From positions 32,001 to 96,000 of the forward strand of contig CAWDOY010000009.1 of the NCBI GenBank assembly GCA_963803975.1: a stretch of DNA of 64,000 bases. Direction: 5' to 3'. The position numbers were made by a program, and so were the translations under genes. Position 1 is the first letter of the stretch. Each line of letters starts with the position of its first letter. Shown piece by piece: positions 33,359 to 42,454 of the stretch. This DNA comes from an uncultured delta proteobacterium (GTDB lineage Bacteria > Desulfobacterota > WTBG01 > CAIYCZ01). The notes below the pieces were generated by a model. It saw nothing but the letters and a program-made list of their open reading frames with translations, was not told where the DNA came from and did not search any database.

Positions 33359-33671
33359 TAACCGTTCCCCCTCCAATAATCAGGCCGAACCACAACAGGT
33401 CACCATCTTTCAGCTTTGTCTTTAGCCCGTCGGGATAATCCAGCACCCACTGAATACGGCTTTTATTCAGATAGAGGTTGGGGGTCTTGTAGGGCTTGCC
33501 GTCAAGGATGCCCTCTGCGTAAACATGCTGGCCAAATTTAGCGCCATATTTTTTTATGACCTCTTCAATAAAGTCCTCTACCGTTGTTCCTGCCGTGATG
33601 GTAAAGGTCTCCTGTTCCTTATTGGTAATGCTCAGCACAGTGGTAAAATATTTACAGGTTACGGCGGGCAT
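33318..33671 (-). CDS. MoaD/ThiS ubiquitin-like sulfur carrier
   Basis: Beta-grasp pattern, GLKTKLKDGD...IIGGG; directly upstream of the E1 gene. Confidence 0.8.
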   Translation of the reverse strand: MPAVTCKYFTTVLSITNKEQETFTITAGTTVEDFIEEVIKKYGAKFGQHVYAEGILDGKPYKTPNLYLNKSRIQWVLDYPDGLKTKLKDGDLLWFGLIIGGGTVNVSGCMFQVQRYN

Positions 33672-33911
33672 TGTTTCTACCTCCCAGAATATAGATATAA
33701 ACGCAAGAGCGCATACTTATTATTATACACATTTTCTCTGCATGTCAATTGGCATGTAAGCAGAATGAGCGGTTACGGGAGCATCTCTGCCGGCCATTGA
33801 CACACATGCGGAAAACGCAGCAGAATATAACAAAACAAATTATTGACACGTATTTTTAGTTATGTTACTTGTGAATTCAGTCACTATATAGTATTAATAT
33901 TATATTATAAA

Positions 33912-34048
33912 TCTGGTCTTCCGAGCCGCTCACGCATAAGTAGGCGGCCGAAAAGGCTGAGGACAAAAACTTCAGCCCGCCGTGTTTGCGAAGGAAGCCT
34001 GAAGAGTACAGCTGCATTGTGCAGCTTACTTTTCAGGCTTTTTCTTTT
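33912..34048 (+). ncRNA. Moco/Wco-like riboswitch variant with intrinsic terminator (copy 2)
   Basis: Shares CTTCAGCCCGCCGTGTTTGCGAAGGAAGCCTG exactly with copy 1; compensatory stem changes; terminator AAGCCTGAAGAGTA...TACTTTTCAGGCTTTTT. Confidence 0.75.
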
Positions 34049-34181
34049 GGTACTTGGGGGATATTTAAAAAGTTACATGTGAAAGGAGGTGCAGTTTTAT
34101 TGTTTTTGTGGGAAGCCTGCGGGAAGCGGGCTGCAGTAGTTAACCAACATCTGTTACAGTTTTTGAAAAGGGAGAATAATT

Positions 34182-34682
34182 ATGAGTAACGGAAAAGCCC
34201 TGGTATACAACCAGGAAAAATGTACTGGATGCAGAAGCTGCGTCGTCGGCTGTTCTCTCTATCATGATGGCGAGTGCGGGAAAGTGGTTTCCCGGGTTGC
34301 CGTCGTGAGGAACGAGAGATTCGGAGAATCCTTTGTCGTCGGCTGCGACATGTGCACTGACGCGCCCTGCGCAGCAGTGTGCCCAACCGGCGCATGCGCC
34401 ATGGACACGGTCGCAGGCATCACCAAAATAAATGCCGATAAGTGCATCGGCTGCAAGGAATGCGCAATGGCCTGCCCCTTTGGTGTAATCAATATGCACT
34501 ATAAAACCGGAAAGGCTTTCAAGTGTGACCTCTGTGAAGGCCGTGATGCCGGTCCCGTTTGTGCTGACTGGTGCCCGAGCGGCGCAATAACCTATACAAG
34601 CCCCAATATTGCGTTCAAGGCCAAGCGCCGGGTAAAGCTTATGGAACGCTTAGAAGCTGCGAAAGCTGGAGAGGAGGGTTAA
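34182..34682 (+). CDS. 4x[4Fe-4S] ferredoxin-like subunit (AOR small subunit)
   Basis: CTGCRSCVVGC, CDMCTDAPCAAVCP, CIGCKECAMACP, CDLC..PVCADWCP. Confidence 0.93.
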   Translation: MSNGKALVYNQEKCTGCRSCVVGCSLYHDGECGKVVSRVAVVRNERFGESFVVGCDMCTDAPCAAVCPTGACAMDTVAGITKINADKCIGCKECAMACPFGVINMHYKTGKAFKCDLCEGRDAGPVCADWCPSGAITYTSPNIAFKAKRRVKLMERLEAAKAGEEG

Positions 34683-34686
34683 AACT

Positions 34687-36651
34687 ATGTATGGATGGGC
34701 TGGACAAAGACTACGCGTAGACCTTTCAACGGGAACAATAACCAAAGAGCCTCTCTCCTATGAGTATCGCCGCAAATGGATAGGCGGACGGGGCTTTAAC
34801 TCTGACATCATTTATAATGAAGTACCGGCGAACCTGGATCCGTTTGATCCTAAAGCGCGGGTGTGCTTTGGCGTGGGCCCGGTCAGCGGCACCGCTGCTC
34901 CTTCAACAGGACGCGTGACCGTTACCTGCAAGAGCCCGCTCACCGGCGGATTCGGTGACTCCAACATGGGCGGTCACTGGGGCGCAGAGCTGAAATATGC
35001 CGGCTATGATCAGATTGTCGTTCAGGGCCGGGCAAAACATCCGGTCTATATCTGGGTCGATGATGACAAGGTCGAGATCCGTGATGCACGCCACCTGTGG
35101 GGCAAATTCCCCCGCGAGGCAGACCAGATGATAAAAGAAGAGCTGGGCGACGAGGACATTCACATTGTGCTCATCGGGCCGGCCGGCGAAAACATGGTGC
35201 GGTTTGCCTGCACCTTTAACGATGTGTGGCGCGCTGCAGGAAGAACCGGACACGGCGGCGTCATCGGCTCCAAGAACCTGAAGGGCATTGCGGTCCGTGG
35301 TTCCGGCACCGTTAAAATTGCCAATCCCAAAGCCATGATGGATGTCTGCAACCGGCTGAGACAGACTTTTAAGCCCGACCCCATGAAGATCGGTCTCTAT
35401 GAGTTCGGCAGCCTGTGCCTCATTAACGTTGCCAACCGCGACGGCTGGTTCCCCTGGAGAAATTTTCAGGGCGGCGCACACCCGCTGGCAAACAACATGT
35501 CAGGCGAGACCCATGCCAAGACCGTGCTCAAGCACCGTGAAGGCTGCTTTGCCTGCCCGATCTGCTGCGGCCGATTCACCCACATTAAAGAAGGCAAATG
35601 GGCCGGTGAAGAGTTCGGCGGACCTGAATATGAACATGCAGTTCCGACCGGACCGCGCGTTGGCATAATTGAAGATGCCAATGATATCTGGCACAATGCC
35701 CGCTTAACCAACGACTACGGCATGGACGGTATCGAGACCGGCGGTGTAATATCAGCGGCAATGGAATGGTATGAAAAGGGCCTCATCACCACCAAAGAGA
35801 CCGGCGGACTGGAGCTTGAGTGGGGCAACGCGGAAGTCGTGGATAAGCTTATCCCCATGATTGCAACACGCAAGGGCTTCGGCGCAATCCTCGCCGAAGG
35901 CGCTGACCGGGCTTCTGACAAACTGGGACTCGGTGATAAAGGACACTATTATACCCTCACCACCCGCGGCATGACGCTGCCGGGCGATGACCCGCGCGGC
36001 CTTGGTTTCGGCTACGGGCTCTCTTTTGCAATGGGCACCCGCGGCGGCTGCGACCATCTCCGGTCACTGTGCTGCCTCGAGCTCTCCGGCGCCCTTTATC
36101 CGGGCCTCAACACCAAGATTCTCGGTGATGAGCGGCCCAATAAGCCGGTCACCACGGTAGGAAAACCCTACATGGTCTTCTATGAAGAGAACCAGAAAGC
36201 GACCACAGATTGTCTGCAGGTCTGCTGCTTCACCACCCACTGGTCATATGCGGTTCTCACGCCTGACCAGGTGGAATACCTGAATGCCGTTACCGGGCTT
36301 GACTTCACCGAGGAAGAGTTCCAGGAAATCGGCGAGCGCGTCTACAACCTGGAACGCGCCTACTGGGCACGCCAGATGTCCGGCGCCCGGGAAGACGTTG
36401 TGCCGGAGCGGTTTACCACTGAGCCGATGCCCCAGGGCGTTGACTATCAGACCAATGTCGGCGTTGTGTTCCCCTTAAGCGAAATGCTGAAAAAGTACTA
36501 CAAGTATCGTGAGTATGAGCCCGGAACAGGATTCCCCGGCGAGCGGAAGCTGAAACAGCTCGGCCTTGACTACGTGGCAAAGGATCTTGCCCCGCTGCGC
36601 AGCAAGTACCTGTCTGAGTCTGAGAAGAAAAAGAAAAAATACTACTATTAA
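34687..36651 (+). CDS. aor: Aldehyde:ferredoxin oxidoreductase family (tungsten, AOR/WOR) catalytic subunit
   Basis: KSPLTG, SNMGG, IGPAGEN, AAGRTG.G...GSKNLK, CFACPICC, GPEYE, DPRG. Confidence 0.93.
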   Translation: MYGWAGQRLRVDLSTGTITKEPLSYEYRRKWIGGRGFNSDIIYNEVPANLDPFDPKARVCFGVGPVSGTAAPSTGRVTVTCKSPLTGGFGDSNMGGHWGAELKYAGYDQIVVQGRAKHPVYIWVDDDKVEIRDARHLWGKFPREADQMIKEELGDEDIHIVLIGPAGENMVRFACTFNDVWRAAGRTGHGGVIGSKNLKGIAVRGSGTVKIANPKAMMDVCNRLRQTFKPDPMKIGLYEFGSLCLINVANRDGWFPWRNFQGGAHPLANNMSGETHAKTVLKHREGCFACPICCGRFTHIKEGKWAGEEFGGPEYEHAVPTGPRVGIIEDANDIWHNARLTNDYGMDGIETGGVISAAMEWYEKGLITTKETGGLELEWGNAEVVDKLIPMIATRKGFGAILAEGADRASDKLGLGDKGHYYTLTTRGMTLPGDDPRGLGFGYGLSFAMGTRGGCDHLRSLCCLELSGALYPGLNTKILGDERPNKPVTTVGKPYMVFYEENQKATTDCLQVCCFTTHWSYAVLTPDQVEYLNAVTGLDFTEEEFQEIGERVYNLERAYWARQMSGAREDVVPERFTTEPMPQGVDYQTNVGVVFPLSEMLKKYYKYREYEPGTGFPGERKLKQLGLDYVAKDLAPLRSKYLSESEKKKKKYYY

Positions 36652-36683
36652 TCAGCATTGAGTTGAAGGGAGGTCATGAGAAT

Positions 36684-36926
36684 ATGGCTATTATGACAAA
36701 AGCACAGGCCAAAAATTTCGCCGAGATGGATGACTTCATGCTCGAGCTTTGCGACTTTTTAAAAAGCAAGAGCGTCATCGACGCTACCACCCACCGCAGC
36801 ATCCTGCTGAAAGGCTTTTCCCGAATGGTTGACTGCCTGCAGGAAAAGAAGGTGATTAGCGCCAGGGAAGCCAAAGAGGCTATGGATAAAGGGTTTACCT
36901 CGCTGGTATACGCTTTAGCGAAATAG
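36684..36926 (+). CDS. Small hypothetical protein co-transcribed with AOR
   Basis: GGAGGT SD; 80-aa ORF with an internal two-fold repeat (LCDFLKSKSVI..KGF / MVDCLQEKKVI..KGF); followed by a terminator. Confidence 0.7.
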   Translation: MAIMTKAQAKNFAEMDDFMLELCDFLKSKSVIDATTHRSILLKGFSRMVDCLQEKKVISAREAKEAMDKGFTSLVYALAK

Positions 36927-36949
36927 CGCTCCGTTTCGGTAACACGAAC

Positions 36950-37010
36950 AAAAAAAGGCCTGGAACCATTTGTTTACCATATCAGTAACAAAGGTTTCAG
37001 GCCTTTTTTT
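36950..37010 (+). terminator. Intrinsic terminator of the AOR operon
   Basis: AAAAAAAGGCCTGGAACC...GGTTTCAGGCCTTTTTTT. Confidence 0.8.
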
Positions 37011-37032
37011 ATCTTGAAAATCTGCAAGAACT

Positions 37033-37125
37033 TGGTAAAAAAGGTAAAGAGGTAGAAAGGTTAAGAGGTGAAAAGGTGTATTGTTTTTTTATCTGTTAGC
37101 CTCTTGACCTCTTAGCCTTTTTGCC
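37033..37125. repeat. Inverted array of degenerate octamers (AGGTAAAG / CTTAGCCT type)
   Basis: ggtaaaaaaggtaaagaggtagaaaggttaagaggtgaaaaggt facing gcctcttgacctcttagcctttttgcct. Confidence 0.7.
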
Positions 37126-37140
37126 TATTATTATTAAAGT

Positions 37141-38042
37141 ATGTTTATGCGAAGAGTAATTTTTCTTATTGCCTTGTTTATATATGCTCTGGGGGATGCT
37201 GCGTACTGCGCTTCCCTCTACGATACCGTGAAAAAGGGCAACCGGCTCTACCAGGATGGAAAATTTGACGAGGCGCTCAAGACCTACGTCGATGGCCAGA
37301 TAGAGCATGCTGATGACCTTGCCTTAAAATATAATATAGCCGCCTCCCACTATAAAACAAAAAACTACGACGAGGCAGTGAAAGGGTATCTCGATGTTGC
37401 CGCATCTGCCAAAGATGCAGGGCTGCAGGAAAAGTCTCTCTATAACTGCGGCAATGCCCTGTACCAGCAGGGAAAACTTGAGGAATCCATAGAATATTAC
37501 AAAAAAGCTCTCGGGCTTAATCCTGATGACCAGGACGCCAAGCACAATCTTGAGTTCGTGCAGGAAGAGTTGAAGAAGCGCAAGAGCGAAGCTAAGAAGA
37601 CAGAGCAAAAACAGCAGCAGGAACAACAACAGCAAAAGCAGGACGAAAATAAACAGCAGCAAAACCAGCAGAACGATCAGCAGGGCCAGCAGCAGGAGCA
37701 GAATAACCAGCAGCAACAGGCCCAACAGCAAAGGGAGAAAAAAAGGAGCAAGAGAAAGCAGCTCAGCAGAAACAGCAGCAGGAACAGAAAGAAGAGCAAG
37801 CCCGGGCCGGCGAACAGAAGCCCGAAGAACAAAAGCAGGCGCAGGGCCAGCTGGGCACCGCAGATAAAAAAGAAGGCGAAAAACAAGACGAAGCTCAGGC
37901 AGTGCCGCAGCAGGCACGGCAGATGACCAAAGAAGAAGCTCAGCAGTTGCTCAACAGCATTGAAGAAAACCGGGGCAAGTTTGCCAAAAAGAAAGCGCAG
38001 GAAGAAGCTGCCGGGCAGTACCGGCCGGAAAAGGATTGGTAG
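37141..38042 (+). CDS. batC: BatC-like TPR protein with a Gln-rich linker; frameshift in an A-run near 37740
   Basis: GNRLYQDGKF, YNCGNALY, DAKHNLE, poly-Q; the shifted frame gives MTKEEAQQLLNSI...PEKDW*. Confidence 0.85.
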
Positions 38043-38045
38043 TTA

Positions 38046-38658
38046 AAGAAAGGCAAAAGGCACAAAGGCAACAGGCACAAAGTTAATAGTAAAATAATTG
38101 AGAGCAGGCATCGAGGCACAAAGGCATAAGGCACAGAGCGACAAAGGCGCAGGCAAAGATGCAGAAGGCACAAAGATGAAAACGTTTCGTGATCTTATAG
38201 TTTGGCAAAAAGCCATGCAACTGGTAACGGACACCTATCAGATAACCCTTAATTTTCCTAAAGAGGAGCTTTATGGACTCACCTCTCAAATAAGGCGCTG
38301 CTCCATATCGATTCCCAGTAATATGGCTGAAGGATATGGAAGAAATTCAACAGAGGACTATCTGCGCTTTCTGAAAATATCCCGGGGTTCACTGTATGAA
38401 TTGCAGACCCAGATAGAAATCGCCTTCAATTTACACTATATAAAAAAAGAAGATTTTGATCGAATGAATGAAGCAGGCAGAGAAATTGAGCGCATGGTAA
38501 GCAGCCTGATCATTAAAATCAACCAGGCAAAATAACTCTGTGCCTCTGTGCCTGCCACGAGCGGTGAGCCACTCGGCCTTGAGCTCGTGTCCGAAAGGCG
38601 CGTCGAACCGTAGAGGGACCTTATGCTTTGTGCCTTCTGCCTTATGCCTTTGTGCCTC
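38046..38658. repeat. Inverted 7/8-mer arrays (AGGCACAA... / ...TTGTGCCT) flanking the four-helix-bundle gene
   Basis: Left 38046-38175 aggcaaaaggcacaaaggcaacaggcacaaag...; right 38536-38658 ctctgtgcctctgtgcct...ctttgtgccttctgccttatgcctttgtgcct. Confidence 0.85.
38176..38535 (+). CDS. Four helix bundle protein (23S rRNA IVS protein / bAvd-like, TIGR02436 family)
   Basis: FRDLIVWQKA...FPKEELYGLTSQIRRCSISIPSNMAEG...FLKISRGSLYELQTQ. Confidence 0.95.
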   Translation: MKTFRDLIVWQKAMQLVTDTYQITLNFPKEELYGLTSQIRRCSISIPSNMAEGYGRNSTEDYLRFLKISRGSLYELQTQIEIAFNLHYIKKEDFDRMNEAGREIERMVSSLIIKINQAK

Positions 38659-38669
38659 ATAATAAACTT

Positions 38670-40448
38670 ATGAAACAACTATCCGCCTTACTTATCACCA
38701 TTTTTCTTCTGCTCTACGCGGCGCCGGCAGTAATAGCCGCCGAGACTTCCCTCTCCATCTCGCTGGACCGGGACACAGCGACCCTGGCAGACTCTATAAA
38801 TCTTACCATCTCCGTTGAAGGGGCAAGCGGCGAGCCGCAGCTGCCGTCCTCCCCGGCGTTTGAAACAGTACGCCAGGGCAGCTCTTCCCGGATGCAGATA
38901 ATAAACGGGAAGATATCTTCCAGCGTTGATTACAGCTATGCCCTCTACCCGAAGAAGGAAGGGGTTTTCACCATCGGCCCCGCAACCCTTGATAACAACG
39001 GATCCATGCTCACCAGCAACACGGTCAGCATTACCATTCAAAAGGCGGCAGTGAGCGAAAAGCGGAACGAGGATGTGTTTGTGACTGCGGAAGTGGACAA
39101 TCAAAATCCCTATGTGAATGAGCAGATCATCTATACCTTCAAGTTCTATTACCGGGGGAGAGTTGCCAATGCCCGCATGACAGAGTCTCCGTCGTTTGAA
39201 GGGTTCATAGCCGAGCTGTTGGGAAAGGAGCGCGAGTATCAGACCACTATAAATGGCCGGCAGTTTATGGTGACGGAAATAAAGCAGGCGCTGTTCCCCA
39301 TAAAGCCCGGACCCCTGACCATCTCTCCCTCAGCGCTGCAGTGCAGCGTGGCAGTGAGAAGACAGCGCCGGGGCGGGACTTTTAACGACCCGTTCTTTGA
39401 TGATTCTTTCTTCGGCTTTTCCCAGACCGAGTCGAAGATGCTGCGCACCTCACCTCTGGAAGTAACGGTCAGGCCTTTGCCTGAAGAGGGGAAACCGCGG
39501 GATTTTGCCAACCTCGTCGGAGAGTTCAAGGCTGCCGCGGAGATAAGCAAAAAGAAGCTGGAGGCGGGAGAGTCTGCTACCCTCACCCTCACGCTCACCG
39601 GGCAGGGCAACCTGAAAAATTCCCCGGCTCTCAGACTTGAAAATCTGGACGGCTTCAAGGTCTATGATGACAAGCCATCATTCGAGCCGCAGGTTGCGGA
39701 TGGACGCATCGGCGGTAAACTGATCATAAAAAAAGCGCTGGTGCCCTTGAAGGAGGGAACGCTCCAGGTTCCGCCGGTTGCAGTTGCCTATTTTAATCCC
39801 CACTCAGGCGCTTATGAAACAACGCGGACTGAGGCGCAGATTCTGGAAGTTTTACCGGCAAAGGAGAAGGAAAAGCTCCCCATTGCTGAAGCTGAAAAGC
39901 AAGCTGCCGGAAAACAGGAGATTAAAATACTGGGGAAGGATATACTGCCCATTCACACCGCACTGAACGTGCTGTCACCCGAGCCGCTTAATCCTCTCTC
40001 ATGGCCGGCAGCAGCTCTGCTCTTTGTTCCTCTGCTGGGCTTCTCTGCCTGCCTTCTGGTTAAACAGCGCAGGCTTCGATACAGCGACGGCACCGGCCTG
40101 GCCCGCGGCAAAAACGCTCACAAGAATTTCAGTAAAAAACTGACGCTGGTGAAAAAGCTGCATCATCATGACGAGGAAGCCTTTTACCGTAATGCTTCAA
40201 AAGCTTTAAAAGATTTTATCGGCGATAAGCTGAATATTGTCGGCAGCGCTTTGACCGCGGCGGAAATTGAAAGAAGGCTTTCAGCGCTGAACCTTGGAGA
40301 GTCCTGTATCCGGGAATTGAAAAGAATAATAGAGCTGCTGGAGGCAGGACAGTTTGCTTTTCAAAAATATACGCCTGAAGAACGCGAAGCTATGGTTGAC
40401 GCCATGAAGAAAGCGGCCCGGGAGATCGACCGAAAGATTAAACAGTAG
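38670..40448 (+). CDS. batD: BatD family protein
   Basis: Signal peptide, SSSRMQIING, PYVNEQIIYT, DPFFDDSFFG, VGEF, late TM helix; position after batC. Confidence 0.9.
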   Translation: MKQLSALLITIFLLLYAAPAVIAAETSLSISLDRDTATLADSINLTISVEGASGEPQLPSSPAFETVRQGSSSRMQIINGKISSSVDYSYALYPKKEGVFTIGPATLDNNGSMLTSNTVSITIQKAAVSEKRNEDVFVTAEVDNQNPYVNEQIIYTFKFYYRGRVANARMTESPSFEGFIAELLGKEREYQTTINGRQFMVTEIKQALFPIKPGPLTISPSALQCSVAVRRQRRGGTFNDPFFDDSFFGFSQTESKMLRTSPLEVTVRPLPEEGKPRDFANLVGEFKAAAEISKKKLEAGESATLTLTLTGQGNLKNSPALRLENLDGFKVYDDKPSFEPQVADGRIGGKLIIKKALVPLKEGTLQVPPVAVAYFNPHSGAYETTRTEAQILEVLPAKEKEKLPIAEAEKQAAGKQEIKILGKDILPIHTALNVLSPEPLNPLSWPAAALLFVPLLGFSACLLVKQRRLRYSDGTGLARGKNAHKNFSKKLTLVKKLHHHDEEAFYRNASKALKDFIGDKLNIVGSALTAAEIERRLSALNLGESCIRELKRIIELLEAGQFAFQKYTPEEREAMVDAMKKAAREIDRKIKQ

Positions 40449-40535
40449 GCAAAGAGGTAAAGGGAAGAGGTGAAAAGGTTGATAATTCTCAAACGGTAAC
40501 CTTTTAGCCTTTTGGCCTCTTAACCTATTCACCTT
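40447..40535. repeat. Inverted octamer array between batD and batE
   Basis: aggcaaagaggtaaagggaagaggtgaaaaggtt facing aaccttttagccttttggcctcttaacctattcacct. Confidence 0.7.
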
Positions 40536-40551
40536 CTCATTATATCCAACT

Positions 40552-41340
40552 ATGAAAAAGCTGCTATCTTTAATTTTATTAACTGCACTGGCAGTCGGCG
40601 TGCTTTACGCGGCAGCGCGTGCCCAGGACAAAAACAGTGAAGAGGCCGACACCTCGCATATGTTTCTGCAGGCTACCCAGGCATACAAGGACGGCGCTTT
40701 TGACAAGGCAGCCGCTCTTTATGAAAAGCTCCTGGCACAGGGCATTGTCAATGGCAGCATGTTCTACAATCTTGGCAACGCGTACCTGAAAGCCGGAAAG
40801 ATCGGCAAGGCGCTGGTTAACTACCGGCGCGCCGATATTTTTATGCCCCGCAATGAGGACCTGCAGGCAAACATCCAGTACACCCTGCAGCTCACAACCG
40901 ATAAAATTGAAGGCCGCGAGCCGTACGCGTATGCAAAAAACTTCTGCTTCTGGTACTCAAAGCTCAACGTCAGGGAGCTGGCCATCCTGTTTCTGATTTT
41001 CAATCTTATACTGTGGGGACTCGCCATAGCGCGGCTCTTTTATAGCGGGGAATATCTCTGGCTTGCTCTCTCTGTCTCCATAGCCTGCGCCATTCTGCTC
41101 GGCATATCCTCCGGTATTAAGCTGTATTCATTTTATTACAGCCCCACCGGTGTTGTCACGGCAAAGGAGATCACGGTCCGGTCCGGGGGCAGCCGTAATG
41201 ACACCGCCCTCTTCCAGCTCCATGAGGGAGCAGAGTTTGACTGGCTGGATGAAAGCAGCGGCTGGGTTAAAATCAAGCTGCGCGATGGGAAAAAAGGCTG
41301 GGTACAGAAAGATACCGTGGATAAGGTTGCCGTGGAGTGA
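40552..41340 (+). CDS. batE: BatE (TPR + TM + SH3b)
   Basis: FYNLGNAYLK, two TM helices, FQLHEG...WVKIKLRDGKKGWV. Confidence 0.9.
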   Translation: MKKLLSLILLTALAVGVLYAAARAQDKNSEEADTSHMFLQATQAYKDGAFDKAAALYEKLLAQGIVNGSMFYNLGNAYLKAGKIGKALVNYRRADIFMPRNEDLQANIQYTLQLTTDKIEGREPYAYAKNFCFWYSKLNVRELAILFLIFNLILWGLAIARLFYSGEYLWLALSVSIACAILLGISSGIKLYSFYYSPTGVVTAKEITVRSGGSRNDTALFQLHEGAEFDWLDESSGWVKIKLRDGKKGWVQKDTVDKVAVE

Positions 41341-41395
41341 GCGCTTTTCGGGCAGTAAACATCTCAGGATGACGGCAGAAGAAATGGCACTGCTT

Positions 41396-41433
41396 AAAAA
41401 GGGGTAACGCGATGGAAAGCGTTACCCCTTTTT
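41396..41433. terminator. Bidirectional intrinsic terminator
   Basis: AAAAAGGGGTAACGC-loop-GCGTTACCCCTTTTT. Confidence 0.85.
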
Positions 41434-41479
41434 AATTAAATATTAACGTATCTGCAAGCCTTACCGGCTATGAGGTTTT

Positions 41480-42191
41480 TTAGTCATCCTGACGGTCCTC
41501 GCCCCAGATACCGAACAAAAGGTAGTCGCAATACGTTACGTTGACGGCAGTGAACACGTAGAAAAGAAGTGCCAGACCACGCATGATGGTGCGGTCACTT
41601 TCATATTTTGCAATAAGAGACGAATCCGGTACAGCTTCTCCCTCCTCAGCGCAGATATAGTATGTCTGGTATATGGCAAATGATGTGAATAAAGAAGCCA
41701 GCCAGAAGTCGAGATACATTAACACGCAATCATATCTTCCGGGAAATAAACCAGATAGTCCACAAAATAGATAAACGATACCAGCGAAACAGCCCAGAAT
41801 TCAAGCGATGCAAATGTCCAGGGGGTTAAACAGCCGGGGGCAACCGGATCAGTGACAGCCGCCAGCCTGATCAAATTGTCTTTGATCATTTGCTTAATTT
41901 CATCTGCAGGCTTGATGCCTTTGGCCCTTTCAAGAAGCAGGGAGAACGCTTCGTCATTAGTGCTCCATCAAGGCCAGAAGCTCCAGTGCCGCGCGCTGCA
42001 CAGCCTGCGCATCAGGCGCCTGATTATTTTTCAATGCAGGCAGCTGCAAACGGAGAAATTGCAGCAAGTTTCTCCACAAGCTCTTTCTCATCCAGGACCG
42101 GCATTTTATTTCCCTGTGCAGCCAGGGCCGTGCTGAAGGGTATGAGTACCATTAATAATGAAACATAGGTGGCGATGCATTTTTTAAACAT
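41480..42191 (-). CDS. Hypothetical exported/membrane protein with several frameshifts
   Basis: GAAAG-type SD and signal peptide MFKKCIATYVSLMVLIPFSTALA at 42191; C-terminal hydrophobic part in ORF 41725-41480. Confidence 0.45.
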
Positions 42192-42454
42192 GGTTCTTTC
42201 CTTTCGATCAAAAATAGTTACCTTCAGGGATTAATTTATTTATTATTTCTAATGGCACAATAAAGCCGGCTTCTCAGCATACCTCCTTTCAATCTCTATT
42301 GCTTCCATTTTTTAGTGTTTTTATACCCGTGGAAAAGTCTGTTTTGTATGAGGTATTACTATATCATGAGATTGAAAGTTGTTCAATTATTTTAAAGCAT
42401 TATTTTAAAGTTCTTAACTTGACACGACACAGCAATTCAGATATTCTTTTTTAC

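Noticed and set aside
23539..33671. Ubl + E1 + JAB as an antiphage ubiquitin-like system (CBASS Cap2/Cap3, Bil)
   Set aside because: No E2, CD-NTase or effector is present. The E1 is a plain MoeB/ThiF, and the context is a pterin-cofactor enzyme.
37610..37800. CAG-rich tract as a contingency repeat
   Set aside because: It encodes the ordinary Gln-rich linker typical of BatB/BatC proteins.
38176..38535. Diversity-generating retroelement suggested by the Avd-like gene
   Set aside because: No reverse transcriptase and no TR/VR pair differing at adenines was seen in the window.
26012..40535. Short repeat arrays as CRISPR
   Set aside because: The units are 7-8 nt, degenerate and tandem, without unique spacers; no cas genes.
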